From positions 1-40,828 of the forward strand of contig JAVZXS010000006.1 in NCBI GenBank assembly GCA_038886535.1: DNA of 40,828 nucleotides, in the 5' to 3' direction. This DNA comes from Candidatus Micrarchaeia archaeon (lineage in GTDB: Archaea; Micrarchaeota; Micrarchaeia; CABMEP01). The notes beneath the pieces are model-generated. The model did not search any database, was not told the origin of the DNA, and was given only the letters and a program-made list of their open reading frames with translations. A program made the translations under genes and the position numbers. This document shows positions 1-9,111 of the stretch, piece by piece (position 1 is the stretch's first letter; each line of letters opens with the position of its first letter).

Positions 1-127
1 GTTTGCACACCTGTTGATGTAGAAGATGTCAAAACAAATACAGTTAAACAACCTATATTGCCATTACTATCTGTAACTAATTCTATTACACTCTGATATA
101 CTGACTGTGGTGGCATTTCTACAAATG
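1..127. repeat. Terminal direct repeat, copy 1 (circular assembly overlap)
   Basis: Identical to 40702-40828. The 127-bp length is typical of an assembler k-mer overlap, and an ORF reads in frame across the junction. Confidence 0.95.
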
Positions 128-1049
128 TGGTGTTTGCAAGGGTCGGGATAAGTAATAATGGTTTGTAAAGAAGGACTGCTACAACTCCAGCTCCCATTGC
201 CGCAGAGAAAGTTATTGTCTCTACGCTCCTCACCCCATAGTCTCCTGCCTGAAGTGGTATCAACATGCCACCAGCAGTTGGTTGTAATCTATAAACAACA
301 GCAGAAGTGGTCATTGCAAGCGCACCGGTGCTTCTTCCTGAAGTTCCTGCCTGATTTGTATAGTTCACTGTTACATTAGCGGCAGTTGCACCAAGAGCAG
401 TTGTAACTTCAAGTATCATATAAACACCTTCTCCATCTGTATATCTTGTCAAAGCAGTAGTATTAACAGTTTGAGCAGAAGTCGTGTTAGCACTGATATT
501 CCCTGCCGCAACTAATAAGTCAATTAATGCAACGACATTTGCTCCAGTAAGATGGTTTGCGCCAAAACTTAAGAGATACTTTTTCTCTCCAGATGCAGGG
601 TTTGTAAGTGGAAATGCTCCTGCACTGTTAACATTATGAGCCGCACCACCGGGAATGTTTGCGTATGAACCTGCTCCGGGAACTCCACCAGACCTATAAA
701 AGCAAGACCAGTTGTTTGCTACCGTTGTTTGTGAAGCCTTATAGAACAGTCTATCATCTGCTTTACCAGATACTCTTGCATTAAATACCTCATTCCAAGA
801 TGTTAAGGCTCCCTCTTCATTTAATATATACCTTTTCAGTTTTTTGAAAAAGCTCTCAGGATCTCTTTGAACTCTTTCTTCATCTTTCAGTATTGCGTTA
901 AAGGTTCTCCAAGACATGCCTTTGAGATAGAACCCTCGTTGAGGAATAACTTCTCCTATTCTGCCATAGTAAGGATGTCCAACAGGAATAGGTGGTGCTT
1001 TGAATGGAAGTTGCGTTGCTATTTTTTGCAACTCTTGAACAAATACCAT
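1..1049 (-). CDS. Virion structural protein, 358 aa, spanning the circular junction (ends at TAG 40674)
   Basis: Manually translated: ATG at 1049 (MVFVQELQKIATQLPF...), open to base 1, continuing 40701 down to 40674 (...TGVQTYFIKTVSG*). GGGG SD-like upstream. T/A/G/S-rich. Absent from the ORF track because the junction splits it. Confidence 0.8.
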   Translation of the reverse strand, partial: MVFVQELQKIATQLPFKAPPIPVGHPYYGRIGEVIPQRGFYLKGMSWRTFNAILKDEERVQRDPESFFKKLKRYILNEEGALTSWNEVFNARVSGKADDRLFYKASQTTVANNWSCFYRSGGVPGAGSYANIPGGAAHNVNSAGAFPLTNPASGEKKYLLSFGANHLTGANVVALIDLLVAAGNISANTTSAQTVNTTALTRYTDGEGVYMILEVTTALGATAANVTVNYTNQAGTSGRSTGALAMTTSAVVYRLQPTAGGMLIPLQAGDYGVRSVETITFSAAMGAGVVAVLLYKPLLLIPTLANTTFVEMPPQSVYQSVIELVTDSNGNIGCLTVFVLTSSTSTGVQ

Positions 1050-1060
1050 ACTATCCCCCA

Positions 1061-1447
1061 CTAATCAATTGTAAATGTTAACTGACCAGCAGGTATTTTT
1101 AACACATCACCAGCGTTTATTGTTTTGCTTTCAGTAAGGTTACTCCATGCAAGTAAGTTGCCACCAGTAGAGGCATCAAATAATCCAACTGCAACTATTG
1201 TTCCCCAGTCACCTGTTGCTTGTGGAAATGTAATATCAGAAGCGTTTGATGTTGAACCACCAGATGCCGCAGTGAGTGTTACAGATTGTCTTGCATAGCC
1301 ATTACCAGATACTTCTGTTCCACCGCCAGCATCAGTAGGAGCAGTTGTATAAAGTCCTACATATATCGTAGATGGTGGAGTAAAAGCTTGTCCTCTAAGC
1401 ATGTGGTCAATTACTTTGTTTTCATAGTAATCTGATAAGCCTGCCAT
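1061..1447 (-). CDS. Virion structural / fibre-associated protein
   Basis: Widespread phage family with YVGLYT..P.DAGGGTEVSG.GYARQ and ITFP.AT..WGTI...GLFDA.TGGNLL motifs; GGAGG SD. Confidence 0.7.
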   Translation of the reverse strand: MAGLSDYYENKVIDHMLRGQAFTPPSTIYVGLYTTAPTDAGGGTEVSGNGYARQSVTLTAASGGSTSNASDITFPQATGDWGTIVAVGLFDASTGGNLLAWSNLTESKTINAGDVLKIPAGQLTFTID

Positions 1448-1459
1448 AGTTTTACCTCC

Positions 1460-1912
1460 TTAATTTAAAAGACTTAATCCTTTTAAATACAATTCCTTTT
1501 CAGCTTGTCTTCTTCTTACAAGCCCATTTAGTTTTTTACCACCAGCGTATACCCATCTTGTAAACTGTTCTGAAGCTTGATATAATTCCCCTTGATTTAT
1601 AAGCCTTCTTAAAGTAGAGGCTCTAAAAGCATATATTCCACAGTTGTATGAAAAGCTTATTAAAGCATCAAGCATATAGTCATGTATATCAACTTCTATT
1701 AACGAATTAATTACAAACTCTATGTTTTTAAGGGTCTTTAATAGCATTTCTTCAGCTTGTTCTTTTGTAAATATTAAACTACCCCATGTGTCTTGCCAAG
1801 TCTTGCCAAGCACATGTCCATACCCTATTGTCCAATAACCAGCAGGGCATAAATAGGGTCTTGCAGAAAATCCTTCAAATGCTTTTACTAAATCTAAACA
1901 TTTTTTTGTCAT
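1460..1912 (-). CDS. Endolysin, GH24 lysozyme
   Basis: FEG..PYLCPAGYWTIGYGH catalytic motif (E-x8-C-x5-T), DALISFSYNCG, and WVYAGGKKLNGLVRRRQAE. Confidence 0.93.
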   Translation of the reverse strand: MTKKCLDLVKAFEGFSARPYLCPAGYWTIGYGHVLGKTWQDTWGSLIFTKEQAEEMLLKTLKNIEFVINSLIEVDIHDYMLDALISFSYNCGIYAFRASTLRRLINQGELYQASEQFTRWVYAGGKKLNGLVRRRQAEKELYLKGLSLLN

Positions 1913-2385
1913 TTCACCTTGCCAAAGGTTCTTAACATAGCTCTATTCCCAAACCAGAAAGCTATGATAGCACCCACAAATTCACTGTCAATATCTGTCC
2001 ATACTTGAGTAATAGCTTGCAAATTACCACCAAATTGAACAAATTGAGCATATTTAAATAAAAGCCAACCCAAAATAACAAGATAAGTTATAGTAGGTCT
2101 AACTGTTTGATTGTAAACATTACTTATAATCTGTAAAGCATCAAGCCATGTTTTACCTGTCGGTTTTACCTCTAAAGTCGGTGCAAATTGATATGCTTGC
2201 TTGTCAAGTTCAAGTTGAGCAACTGCTTTAGCTTCCTCTATTTTGAGTTCAGTCATTTCTCTTTGATACTTTAATTGCATCTCTAACATTTCAAGTTCTT
2301 GCTTGTGTTGTTGCCTTGCTTTAACCATACTTAATAGTTCAGGAATAAAGCTACTTAATAACCCTACAACTGCTCCTATTAACAT
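1909..2385 (-). CDS. Putative holin (3TM-holin-like)
   Basis: Hydrophobic N-terminus, VRPTITY and AIIAFWFGNR motifs, overlaps the endolysin start. Confidence 0.65.
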   Translation of the reverse strand: MLIGAVVGLLSSFIPELLSMVKARQQHKQELEMLEMQLKYQREMTELKIEEAKAVAQLELDKQAYQFAPTLEVKPTGKTWLDALQIISNVYNQTVRPTITYLVILGWLLFKYAQFVQFGGNLQAITQVWTDIDSEFVGAIIAFWFGNRAMLRTFGKVK

Positions 2386-2393
2386 AAAGCCCC

Positions 2394-2765
2394 CTACATT
2401 AATTTAATAATAAACATAATAATCTGCCATAACCCAACAAGGACTGCAAAAACAATACCACCAACTAACCTTCTCCTAATTTGAATAAAATCGTCAAAGA
2501 GCTTCTCTATAGGCAATAACCTTTTGTCAAGTGCATCTATTCTTTCTTTTAGCTTATCAACATTTGTTCTTGCTTCTTTACATAAAGCAAGTTGAACATT
2601 ATACTTGTCTTCTACACTACCGAGCTTTACTATGACTTCAGCTAACTTTATTTGAGCTTCCTTTAATTCTTTTAAATCGCTTTTAATATCTGCTATTTCT
2701 TCCTTAAATGACTTCTCAAGCCTAATAATATGTGAGTTAATCATTTCAAGGATATGTTGTTCCAT
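2394..2765 (-). CDS. Coiled-coil protein with C-terminal TM helix (lysis-cassette associated)
   Basis: Heptad-rich body, C-terminal LVGGIVFAVLVGLWQIIMFII segment, position before the holin. Confidence 0.55.
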   Translation of the reverse strand: MEQHILEMINSHIIRLEKSFKEEIADIKSDLKELKEAQIKLAEVIVKLGSVEDKYNVQLALCKEARTNVDKLKERIDALDKRLLPIEKLFDDFIQIRRRLVGGIVFAVLVGLWQIIMFIIKLM

Positions 2766-2766
2766 A

Positions 2767-3069
2767 TTATCTCCTTCTTAATGCTATTCCTAAAGCCCTA
2801 CTATCAGGTCTCCACCCTATGTAAAACTCCCATTTTCTACCTCTGTAACTAAAAAAAGGTAATACTAAATTCCATTTCTGCTTTGTATTCCATATTTGCG
2901 TATAGTCTAATGGCTTATCTTTAAATCCTATTACATGCCAAAAGAAATTATGCAATGGATTTCTCATATACCACATTACTACCCTTAACCATTGTGGTTT
3001 ACCTTGCATAAACCAATCTGGTGGTTTTGGGTTTTCGTCATTACCAAATATTTTCCACAGTATACTCAT
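2767..3069 (-). CDS. Hypothetical phage protein (Trp-rich)
   Basis: Coupled ORF in the late block; WYMRNPLHNFFWHVIG. Confidence 0.6.
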   Translation of the reverse strand: MSILWKIFGNDENPKPPDWFMQGKPQWLRVVMWYMRNPLHNFFWHVIGFKDKPLDYTQIWNTKQKWNLVLPFFSYRGRKWEFYIGWRPDSRALGIALRRR

Positions 3070-3488
3070 TTTAAAGCCTCTATATCTTTTTGTATCTCAA
3101 TTAATTCCTTAATAGAAGTTGCCGAATTAATCCTACTTTCAAGAGTATCATTAGCCTGTCTAATTGCTTGTCTTTTCTGTTTTATTTCTGAATATTCGTT
3201 GCCCATATTAAGTCCAAGCTCCACACACTTAACCACAACCCAATCAGAAGGTTGAAGCAAGTTATATACTTTTTGCTTTAATTCACTTAACAGTTTCTCT
3301 TTCATTTCCTGAACAATCATGCCTTCTGTTTTCTCTTTTATCTGTCCATTCTCAACATATAGCTTATCATGGTCTTGAATGTTCAAATGTTCAAATATAG
3401 TTATACTGTCTCTGAATTGCTCTGGCACTGATTGAAGTTCAAATGTTGTGCAGAGTGTTCCATTGTTATCTATCCATGCATAAAGCAT
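3066..3488 (-). CDS. Putative tail fibre assembly chaperone
   Basis: LLQPSDWVVVK...RQAIRQ motif; directly downstream of the tail fibre gene; GGAGG SD. Confidence 0.6.
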   Translation of the reverse strand: MLYAWIDNNGTLCTTFELQSVPEQFRDSITIFEHLNIQDHDKLYVENGQIKEKTEGMIVQEMKEKLLSELKQKVYNLLQPSDWVVVKCVELGLNMGNEYSEIKQKRQAIRQANDTLESRINSATSIKELIEIQKDIEALK

Positions 3489-3500
3489 ATCCTCACCTCC

Positions 3501-4442
3501 TTACAGTATTCTTTGAACCAAAACATAACCAGAGCTATTCTGTGGGAATTCAACTGTTCCAAGTGAAGTCCATTGTGTAGTTGTGTCTCGCCAATCACAA
3601 GATAATCCAAAGTAGTTAGGATATGTATTTGTTGTTCCATATTTGTCCAAAAACCCTATTATACCTTTATAAACAGTCAAATTTCGTATTACATAAAAAC
3701 CATGTATAATTGTAGACCCAAGAAAGAATGCCGAAAGGGTCGTATAATAAGAAAAAATGTCAACTGCATTTCTACCAACATCCGCAACAATAAAAGCATT
3801 ACTGTAAGTAGTATTGTTAGGGTTTAACAAAACATAATCATTAATCCCTCCACTTGTCCCACCAGTATTACTTGGCACTATCCACATCATATACTCAGTA
3901 TTACTTTGAGTTGCAATTCTCAAGGGGACATTTTGAGTGCTACTGAATGTTATCTTTGCCACTTCCCCTACTGCAAGAGGATAATCATTTCCTGTCTGAT
4001 TGTAATAAGCAACTGTATCTATTGGATTTTCAAAGCCTTTGATACTGATTGCAAACCATCCTGAAGCTAATTTGCCATCAGCCCCTGCAACAGGAATTGT
4101 ATTGGCAGTCGGTGTCTGTGAAGCATGATAGCCATCCACCTTATCTGCATTTGTTGCATTTGTTGCGTTTGTTGCACTATTAGCAACGCTTACTTTAGAT
4201 ACCCATTGAGTTCCATCGTATTGTTTAATTACTCCATTTGTAGTATCAAGCCACACTATTCCTTGATATGGTGCATCAGGGGGTGTGCTACCAACATGAA
4301 CTACTTTGGCAAGTTGTTGAAAGTTTGCATCAAGATAATTTGCTGGAAGGGCTTTACCTATTACATCTCCACCGCTATCTGTTGCATTTTGTAATCCTGA
4401 AGTGTCAAGATTTTGAAAGTTATATGGTAGCTCTATTGGCAT
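3501..4442 (-). CDS. Tail fibre / receptor-binding protein
   Basis: GIVWLDT..G.IKQYDGTQW, ATNATNATNADKVDGYHAS and TIPVAGADGKL fibre motifs; beta-rich C-terminus. Confidence 0.75.
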   Translation of the reverse strand: MPIELPYNFQNLDTSGLQNATDSGGDVIGKALPANYLDANFQQLAKVVHVGSTPPDAPYQGIVWLDTTNGVIKQYDGTQWVSKVSVANSATNATNATNADKVDGYHASQTPTANTIPVAGADGKLASGWFAISIKGFENPIDTVAYYNQTGNDYPLAVGEVAKITFSSTQNVPLRIATQSNTEYMMWIVPSNTGGTSGGINDYVLLNPNNTTYSNAFIVADVGRNAVDIFSYYTTLSAFFLGSTIIHGFYVIRNLTVYKGIIGFLDKYGTTNTYPNYFGLSCDWRDTTTQWTSLGTVEFPQNSSGYVLVQRIL

Positions 4443-4443
4443 A

Positions 4444-4788
4444 CTACCACCCCATAAGTATTAACCACCCTGTTTTAGCACTTGCCATTGATGTAGGGAA
4501 TGTTATTTTAGTTGCAGTTATTGTCGCACCTAATGTTGTAGGGTCAATTGCATAAGGAGTTGCAGAAAAAGCAACAGGAAAAGTATATTCAAGGGTTCCT
4601 GAAATGTGTTTAAAGTTGTTTAGATAAACTATTACCATCTTCATATAATCCCCTTGTATTGGCATAAAACATGTCGCTGTCCCTGATGCGCCTGTCCCTG
4701 CGGCATTGAGAATTGTAGCTGCACCTGTAGGTTTTAATGGGTAATCATTTGTTACTATACCATCTGTTCTAAATGAATAAGTTGGCAT
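4444..4788 (-). CDS. Putative virion structural protein
   Basis: GGAGG SD; beta-rich, YTFPVAFSATP fibre-like motif. Confidence 0.55.
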   Translation of the reverse strand: MPTYSFRTDGIVTNDYPLKPTGAATILNAAGTGASGTATCFMPIQGDYMKMVIVYLNNFKHISGTLEYTFPVAFSATPYAIDPTTLGATITATKITFPTSMASAKTGWLILMGW

Positions 4789-4805
4789 TTTAATACCTCC
4801 TTACT

Positions 4806-5231
4806 TTATTTTGGTATCCCTGATGGGATTTCTTGTCCACCTGCTGGTGGTGTTGGCATACCTGTCGGTGTTGGCATACCTGTTGGCATACCACCTCCTA
4901 TGCCACTTAAAAACTCACTTACTACTCCACCTAAATCCTTACCTGATGATTTCTGTAACATTTCTTTAGGTATTATTTTTTCAAGTTTGTTAACTATGCC
5001 TAATATCTCTTTACCAACATTAGAAGTTACTTTAAATATAGGTAAAGCTACCTCTTCCATAACTTTAAGACAACTTAATAGGGACATATACCCTATTTCT
5101 TCAAGGTTTTTCATATTAGGAGCTTCCATAGCTTCTGTTACTGGTGCAGTTTTATTACCAATAGTGCCTTCAGTTCCTTCTGGTAATGGTGGTAAATTTA
5201 CCCCCAATTGTGTTAACACATCTTCTGGCAT
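4806..5231 (-). CDS. Hypothetical protein downstream of portal
   Basis: TAATG-coupled to the portal; C-terminal GMPT repeats. Confidence 0.65.
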   Translation of the reverse strand: MPEDVLTQLGVNLPPLPEGTEGTIGNKTAPVTEAMEAPNMKNLEEIGYMSLLSCLKVMEEVALPIFKVTSNVGKEILGIVNKLEKIIPKEMLQKSSGKDLGGVVSEFLSGIGGGMPTGMPTPTGMPTPPAGGQEIPSGIPK

Positions 5232-6751
5232 TACTTTTTACCTCCTTTTTCTTGTTTATTAGGCATCATAGCCTCTTGTATTTTTAATGCCTCTATCTCT
5301 TTTACCCTTCTTACTATCTCCTCTTTCTTCGGTATTGGCAACAGGTCAATCACATTCTCAAGCGGTATTATACCCATTTCTGCAAGTGTTAATATTCTAT
5401 CCTCATAAGCCATTGCAGTAATAGGGGACGATGTATGTGCAAAAATATCAGCTTGCATTTCGTTACCTAACAAGGCACTAAATCTACTATCTACTAAGGA
5501 CTTTGCAGTTATATAAAGGGTCATCACATCTTCTATAAAGCATTCACTCTTTAGGGCAAGTTTCTTTAATGGTGCTGAGGCAAATTGAGCAAGTATTTGT
5601 GCATAGTTAGCACTTCTTACATTAGGCATTGGAGAACCTCTTAATATCCCTTCAAGTCCACTCCTTGATTTAAACACTTCTTCATACTTATTCAATATTA
5701 GAGCAAGTATATCAGGAGTTATCTTAGGAGTATATAAATCTATCTTACTTGTCGGATCTAATATCTCTATTACACTTGCAGGTATGTTTATCTTCTTCTT
5801 TATCTCTTCTGCCTCTATTGAATTCGTTAATCCACCTACTATTAATGGTGGCTGTATTAATAAATCTACAAGATGGTCAAGCCTTTCATAATATTCATCA
5901 AGTTTCTCAAATAACCTAATAAGATAAAATAACTCCGACATTCCATAAAATTGACCCTCTATGTTCCTCGGCTTAAAATGAACAAAGGGTAAAATTCCCT
6001 TAAGAAAACATTGCGACGCCGTTGCCCTCTCTACTATCTCATCTCCTATAAACTGCACCATCACCCAATCTTTCTTGTCATAATCATAATACCAAAGCTC
6101 ATCTACCTCTACTACATCTGTATACCTTCTCGGCATTATCCTTAACTCACTAACATCTAATGGCATTTCAGTTACAGAGGCATTCTGATTATCTACCTTC
6201 ATCAAAAACCTATACCTTACATCTACATCAGATGTATCTTCACTTGCCACTACAAATGTCCTACCTGCATACTTTTTCTCCGCATACCTTCTCGGTAAAT
6301 ATACTGTATGACATATAGCCTGATACTCATCTAAATCCTCATGCTCCTCATTTAACACACTGATAAACTTCGGAGATACAGGCTTCACCTTTACCTTATT
6401 ACCATCTATAAAGACCTTGCAAAAATAATCACCATACAATAACCCATTCATTATCCAATCATAAAACTTTATGTCCAACCCACTCCTAAAATAATACTCA
6501 TGCATATCCTTCACTAACAACTTCCTCTGCTCTAATACCTCATCACTTACCTTACTCTCCTTTAGGTCTATATCAAATATAATATTGTCAGGATAATAAC
6601 ACAGGCTCGTTACTATCTCAAGATGCGAATACAAGGGATTGTTCTTATCATTACCCAATACTATCCTCTTTAACTCATTGTAAACCCTCACCCTATCTTC
6701 TCTATTACTCTTACACTCACCCCTCATTAACAACAGCTTCTCATCTTCCAT
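5231..6751 (-). CDS. Portal protein (podovirus/P22-like)
   Basis: 506 aa; GLLYGDYFCKVF, LPFVHFKPRNIEGQFYGMSEL and SGLEGILRG motifs typical of portals. Confidence 0.8.
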   Translation of the reverse strand: MEDEKLLLMRGECKSNREDRVRVYNELKRIVLGNDKNNPLYSHLEIVTSLCYYPDNIIFDIDLKESKVSDEVLEQRKLLVKDMHEYYFRSGLDIKFYDWIMNGLLYGDYFCKVFIDGNKVKVKPVSPKFISVLNEEHEDLDEYQAICHTVYLPRRYAEKKYAGRTFVVASEDTSDVDVRYRFLMKVDNQNASVTEMPLDVSELRIMPRRYTDVVEVDELWYYDYDKKDWVMVQFIGDEIVERATASQCFLKGILPFVHFKPRNIEGQFYGMSELFYLIRLFEKLDEYYERLDHLVDLLIQPPLIVGGLTNSIEAEEIKKKINIPASVIEILDPTSKIDLYTPKITPDILALILNKYEEVFKSRSGLEGILRGSPMPNVRSANYAQILAQFASAPLKKLALKSECFIEDVMTLYITAKSLVDSRFSALLGNEMQADIFAHTSSPITAMAYEDRILTLAEMGIIPLENVIDLLPIPKKEEIVRRVKEIEALKIQEAMMPNKQEKGGKK

Positions 6752-7049
6752 CTATCTCCCCCTTCTCATCTATCGCATATAACTTAGCCTTAAACTCAGG
6801 CTTCACCTTTAACTCACCTATCACACTCCTACCATCTAAATCACTTTCACTCCTCGCTTCTACCCTCCTTAACCCTAACCCCATCCTCTCAAGCTCCCTC
6901 TCTATCTCCTTCTGCTTCTCACTCATCTCCTCCCTCCACTTCCTTATCTCCTCATAATTAGCCCTCTCCTTCTCATAATTCCTATTCATCTCCTCTATTA
7001 CCTTGTCATGCTCCTTTTTCTTCCCTAAATCCTTAATTATATACACCAC
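6741..7049 (-). CDS. Hypothetical charged protein upstream of portal
   Basis: GTG start with AGGGGG SD; overlaps the portal start. Confidence 0.6.
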   Translation of the reverse strand: MVYIIKDLGKKKEHDKVIEEMNRNYEKERANYEEIRKWREEMSEKQKEIERELERMGLGLRRVEARSESDLDGRSVIGELKVKPEFKAKLYAIDEKGEIDGR

Positions 7050-7138
7050 CTTCTTATACCCCCTTTCTTATGGTCAGTCCTCTCCATTGTCCCTATAAAT
7101 CTCACTCAATCAGCTCGCTCTTTTCAGCTTGGCTTCTC

Positions 7139-7320
7139 TTTTTTCTGGGGGGAGAAAAGCTCTGATTTTTTCTGGGGGAGAAGAGGCTCTAAAGCCACCC
7201 CATCCACCCACCCCCCTGTTGCCACTGGGTAACCAATCCCTACCGTAACTCTCTTCAGCTCAACTCTACTCATCACTCATCAACTCGTTCACTCATTCAG
7301 CAACTCACTCACTCACCAAC
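7139..7320. repeat. Non-coding repeats: TTTTTCTGGGGG(G)AGAA x2, C-tract, degenerate ACTC repeats
   Basis: Direct repeats near 7139 and 7166; CCACCCCATCCACCCACCCCCC at 7195-7216; CAACTC/ACTCA iterations at 7245-7320. Confidence 0.7.
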
Positions 7321-7640
7321 CCATAACCCAGAGTACCCAAGCCTTACTCATCTTACCCAGTGTCAAGATTTTGACGGTCTCTGAATGATATTTATAAGAG
7401 TAGATCAAGCAAGTGGGAGCAGGGAGGGAGATAGTAAAGAGATACTGAAATATTTTTTAAAATTATGTCAAGGGCAAGCTGTGAGTGATACAGTTGAAAA
7501 GATTTTGTCAAAATTTGCATTTTCATTTTGAGCAGTTTTTAGTGTTTTATCTCACGCGGAGCAGATGCTTTTAAAATTTGTGTCATAAGTCTTTTTTATA
7601 CTGCTATAAAAAAATCAAATTGGAAATATATAGAAAAGTA

Positions 7641-7669
7641 TTGACATTGATATATGAAAGTGGTAAAAT
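7641..7669 (+). promoter_or_regulatory. Sigma70-type early promoter with extended -10; leaderless transcript
   Basis: TTGACA (7641-46), 17 bp, TAAAAT (7664-69) preceded by TG. Predicted +1 coincides with the ATG at 7676. Confidence 0.8.
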
Positions 7670-7675
7670 ATAATT

Positions 7676-8929
7676 ATGAAAACAAAGGAAAAAATTATCA
7701 TAAGAGATAGGTTCGGGGAACTAAACCCCGAGCCAGACTTTGTGGGAGACAAGGTAGTCTTTTACAAAGTCGTAAACCCCCAACCCTCAATGAGGGAAGG
7801 GGAGAAATGGGTTATTGCACCCGTCTCTATTGCCGAGACAGGCAAGAAAGACAAGCGTGGTAACCCTATTTTTATTTGTAGGATCAAGCTACTCCAAAGG
7901 GTTGAGTGGCTTGACTTTGATAAAGCTGTTGTTTCCCCAGAGGGCATCTGGGAAGTCCCAGTGTTCTCTGGGGATGTTTTTATTGAAAACAGAAAATTGA
8001 GGGAAGAAAGGAGGGAAGTCGTTGAGCATATCAGTAACAATCTCATTTACTTCCCTCAGTTTTATTATATATTGAAATCCTATCTGCAGTCTCACGGTGA
8101 GATTGTAGACAGGATTTCTTTTTTTGAAATAGCTCAGGGGAAAACAAAAGAATGGCTTACCCCTGAGCATGTAAAAAAGGCTTTTGCTCTATATGAGCAA
8201 TACAAGGCTTTTATAGAGCAAGAGCAAAAAAAAGAACAAGAGAAAGAGGCTAAAATTGCCTCTGCAATTGCTGAAGGCTCAAAGATAGAGCTTTCAGAAG
8301 AGGCAATTATTAGCCTCTTTTTATTGAATTCTATTAACACTATCCTTAAGGGAGACACCCTTTGGGATAGTGTTTTTGATGTTGGGGGTGTTAGGTTTCA
8401 ACCAGCACCCACCACTGAAGACAGTGACTTTCCTGTTCCTACCTCTTCAGGAGAGGCAACAGGAAAGATTAAATATATCTTAAACTCCCTTGCCAAATGG
8501 GCATGGGAAAGGGACGCGAAATACCTTCTCAATGCCTTAGGGGTTAAAGCTCCTAAGCCAAAGACTATTTGGCAAGAGAAAATAAGGCTTAGCTTTAGTA
8601 GTTATCGGGGAATATTTGAAAGATATACTACTGAAGCTGAGGCAAGGGTTCAACTTGAGCCTAAACTTGATGAAGCAATTCAGCAAGTAAAAGTTGAGCC
8701 TATAATTTATACATTCCCACACCTTACCATTACATTCAATCCTATCATTACTTCTTATGTTAAAAGAGAAATTGACTTAGAAGAAGGCATCGGAGCAAAG
8801 GATGCTACATGGTATGAGAATACCTATCTTGTGGCGAAAATAGGAGTAGATTGGGAGTGTAATCTCTCTTTTGGAGAGTTGCACCCCGAAGTTATAAATT
8901 CAATAAAGGAGGCGTTACAATGCAAATAG
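7676..8929 (+). CDS. Early hypothetical protein (417 aa)
   Basis: Long ORF directly after the promoter; no recognisable motif. Confidence 0.8.
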   Translation: MKTKEKIIIRDRFGELNPEPDFVGDKVVFYKVVNPQPSMREGEKWVIAPVSIAETGKKDKRGNPIFICRIKLLQRVEWLDFDKAVVSPEGIWEVPVFSGDVFIENRKLREERREVVEHISNNLIYFPQFYYILKSYLQSHGEIVDRISFFEIAQGKTKEWLTPEHVKKAFALYEQYKAFIEQEQKKEQEKEAKIASAIAEGSKIELSEEAIISLFLLNSINTILKGDTLWDSVFDVGGVRFQPAPTTEDSDFPVPTSSGEATGKIKYILNSLAKWAWERDAKYLLNALGVKAPKPKTIWQEKIRLSFSSYRGIFERYTTEAEARVQLEPKLDEAIQQVKVEPIIYTFPHLTITFNPIITSYVKREIDLEEGIGAKDATWYENTYLVAKIGVDWECNLSFGELHPEVINSIKEALQCK

Positions 8930-9111
8930 TAACACTAACAAGGCCAGAAATTGCCGAAATTGAAAAAAAGGGTTATATCGGCAATCAGGGCTGTATTATT
9001 GAAAAGAGAGGAGATAAATATTATCTCCTCTCTGTGATTGCATGGGATTGTTACGCTCCAACATCATGGTTGGAGGAAGAAATTCAAATAAAGGAGGAGC
9101 AAGATGAGTAA
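8920..9111 (+). CDS. Early hypothetical protein
   Basis: AAGGAGG SD; overlap-coupled. Confidence 0.7.
   Translation: MQIVTLTRPEIAEIEKKGYIGNQGCIIEKRGDKYYLLSVIAWDCYAPTSWLEEEIQIKEEQDE

Noticed and set aside
1..127. Biological terminal repeat of the virion DNA
   Set aside because: It falls mid-gene and its length matches a common assembler k-mer; most likely an assembly overlap.
4848..4891. TGTTGGCATACC tandem repeats
   Set aside because: Explained by low-complexity GMPT coding repeats.
7361..7511. Minus-strand TTGACA hexamers (7361, 7466, 7506) as late promoters
   Set aside because: None has a credible -10 element at 16-18 bp spacing.
8788..8796. Self-target: spacer CATCGGAGC (19333-19341) matches the first early gene
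   Set aside because: The partner spacer does not match adjacent sequence in either orientation; one 9-mer hit among ~48 spacers is expected by chance. A full self-target scan was not possible by eye.
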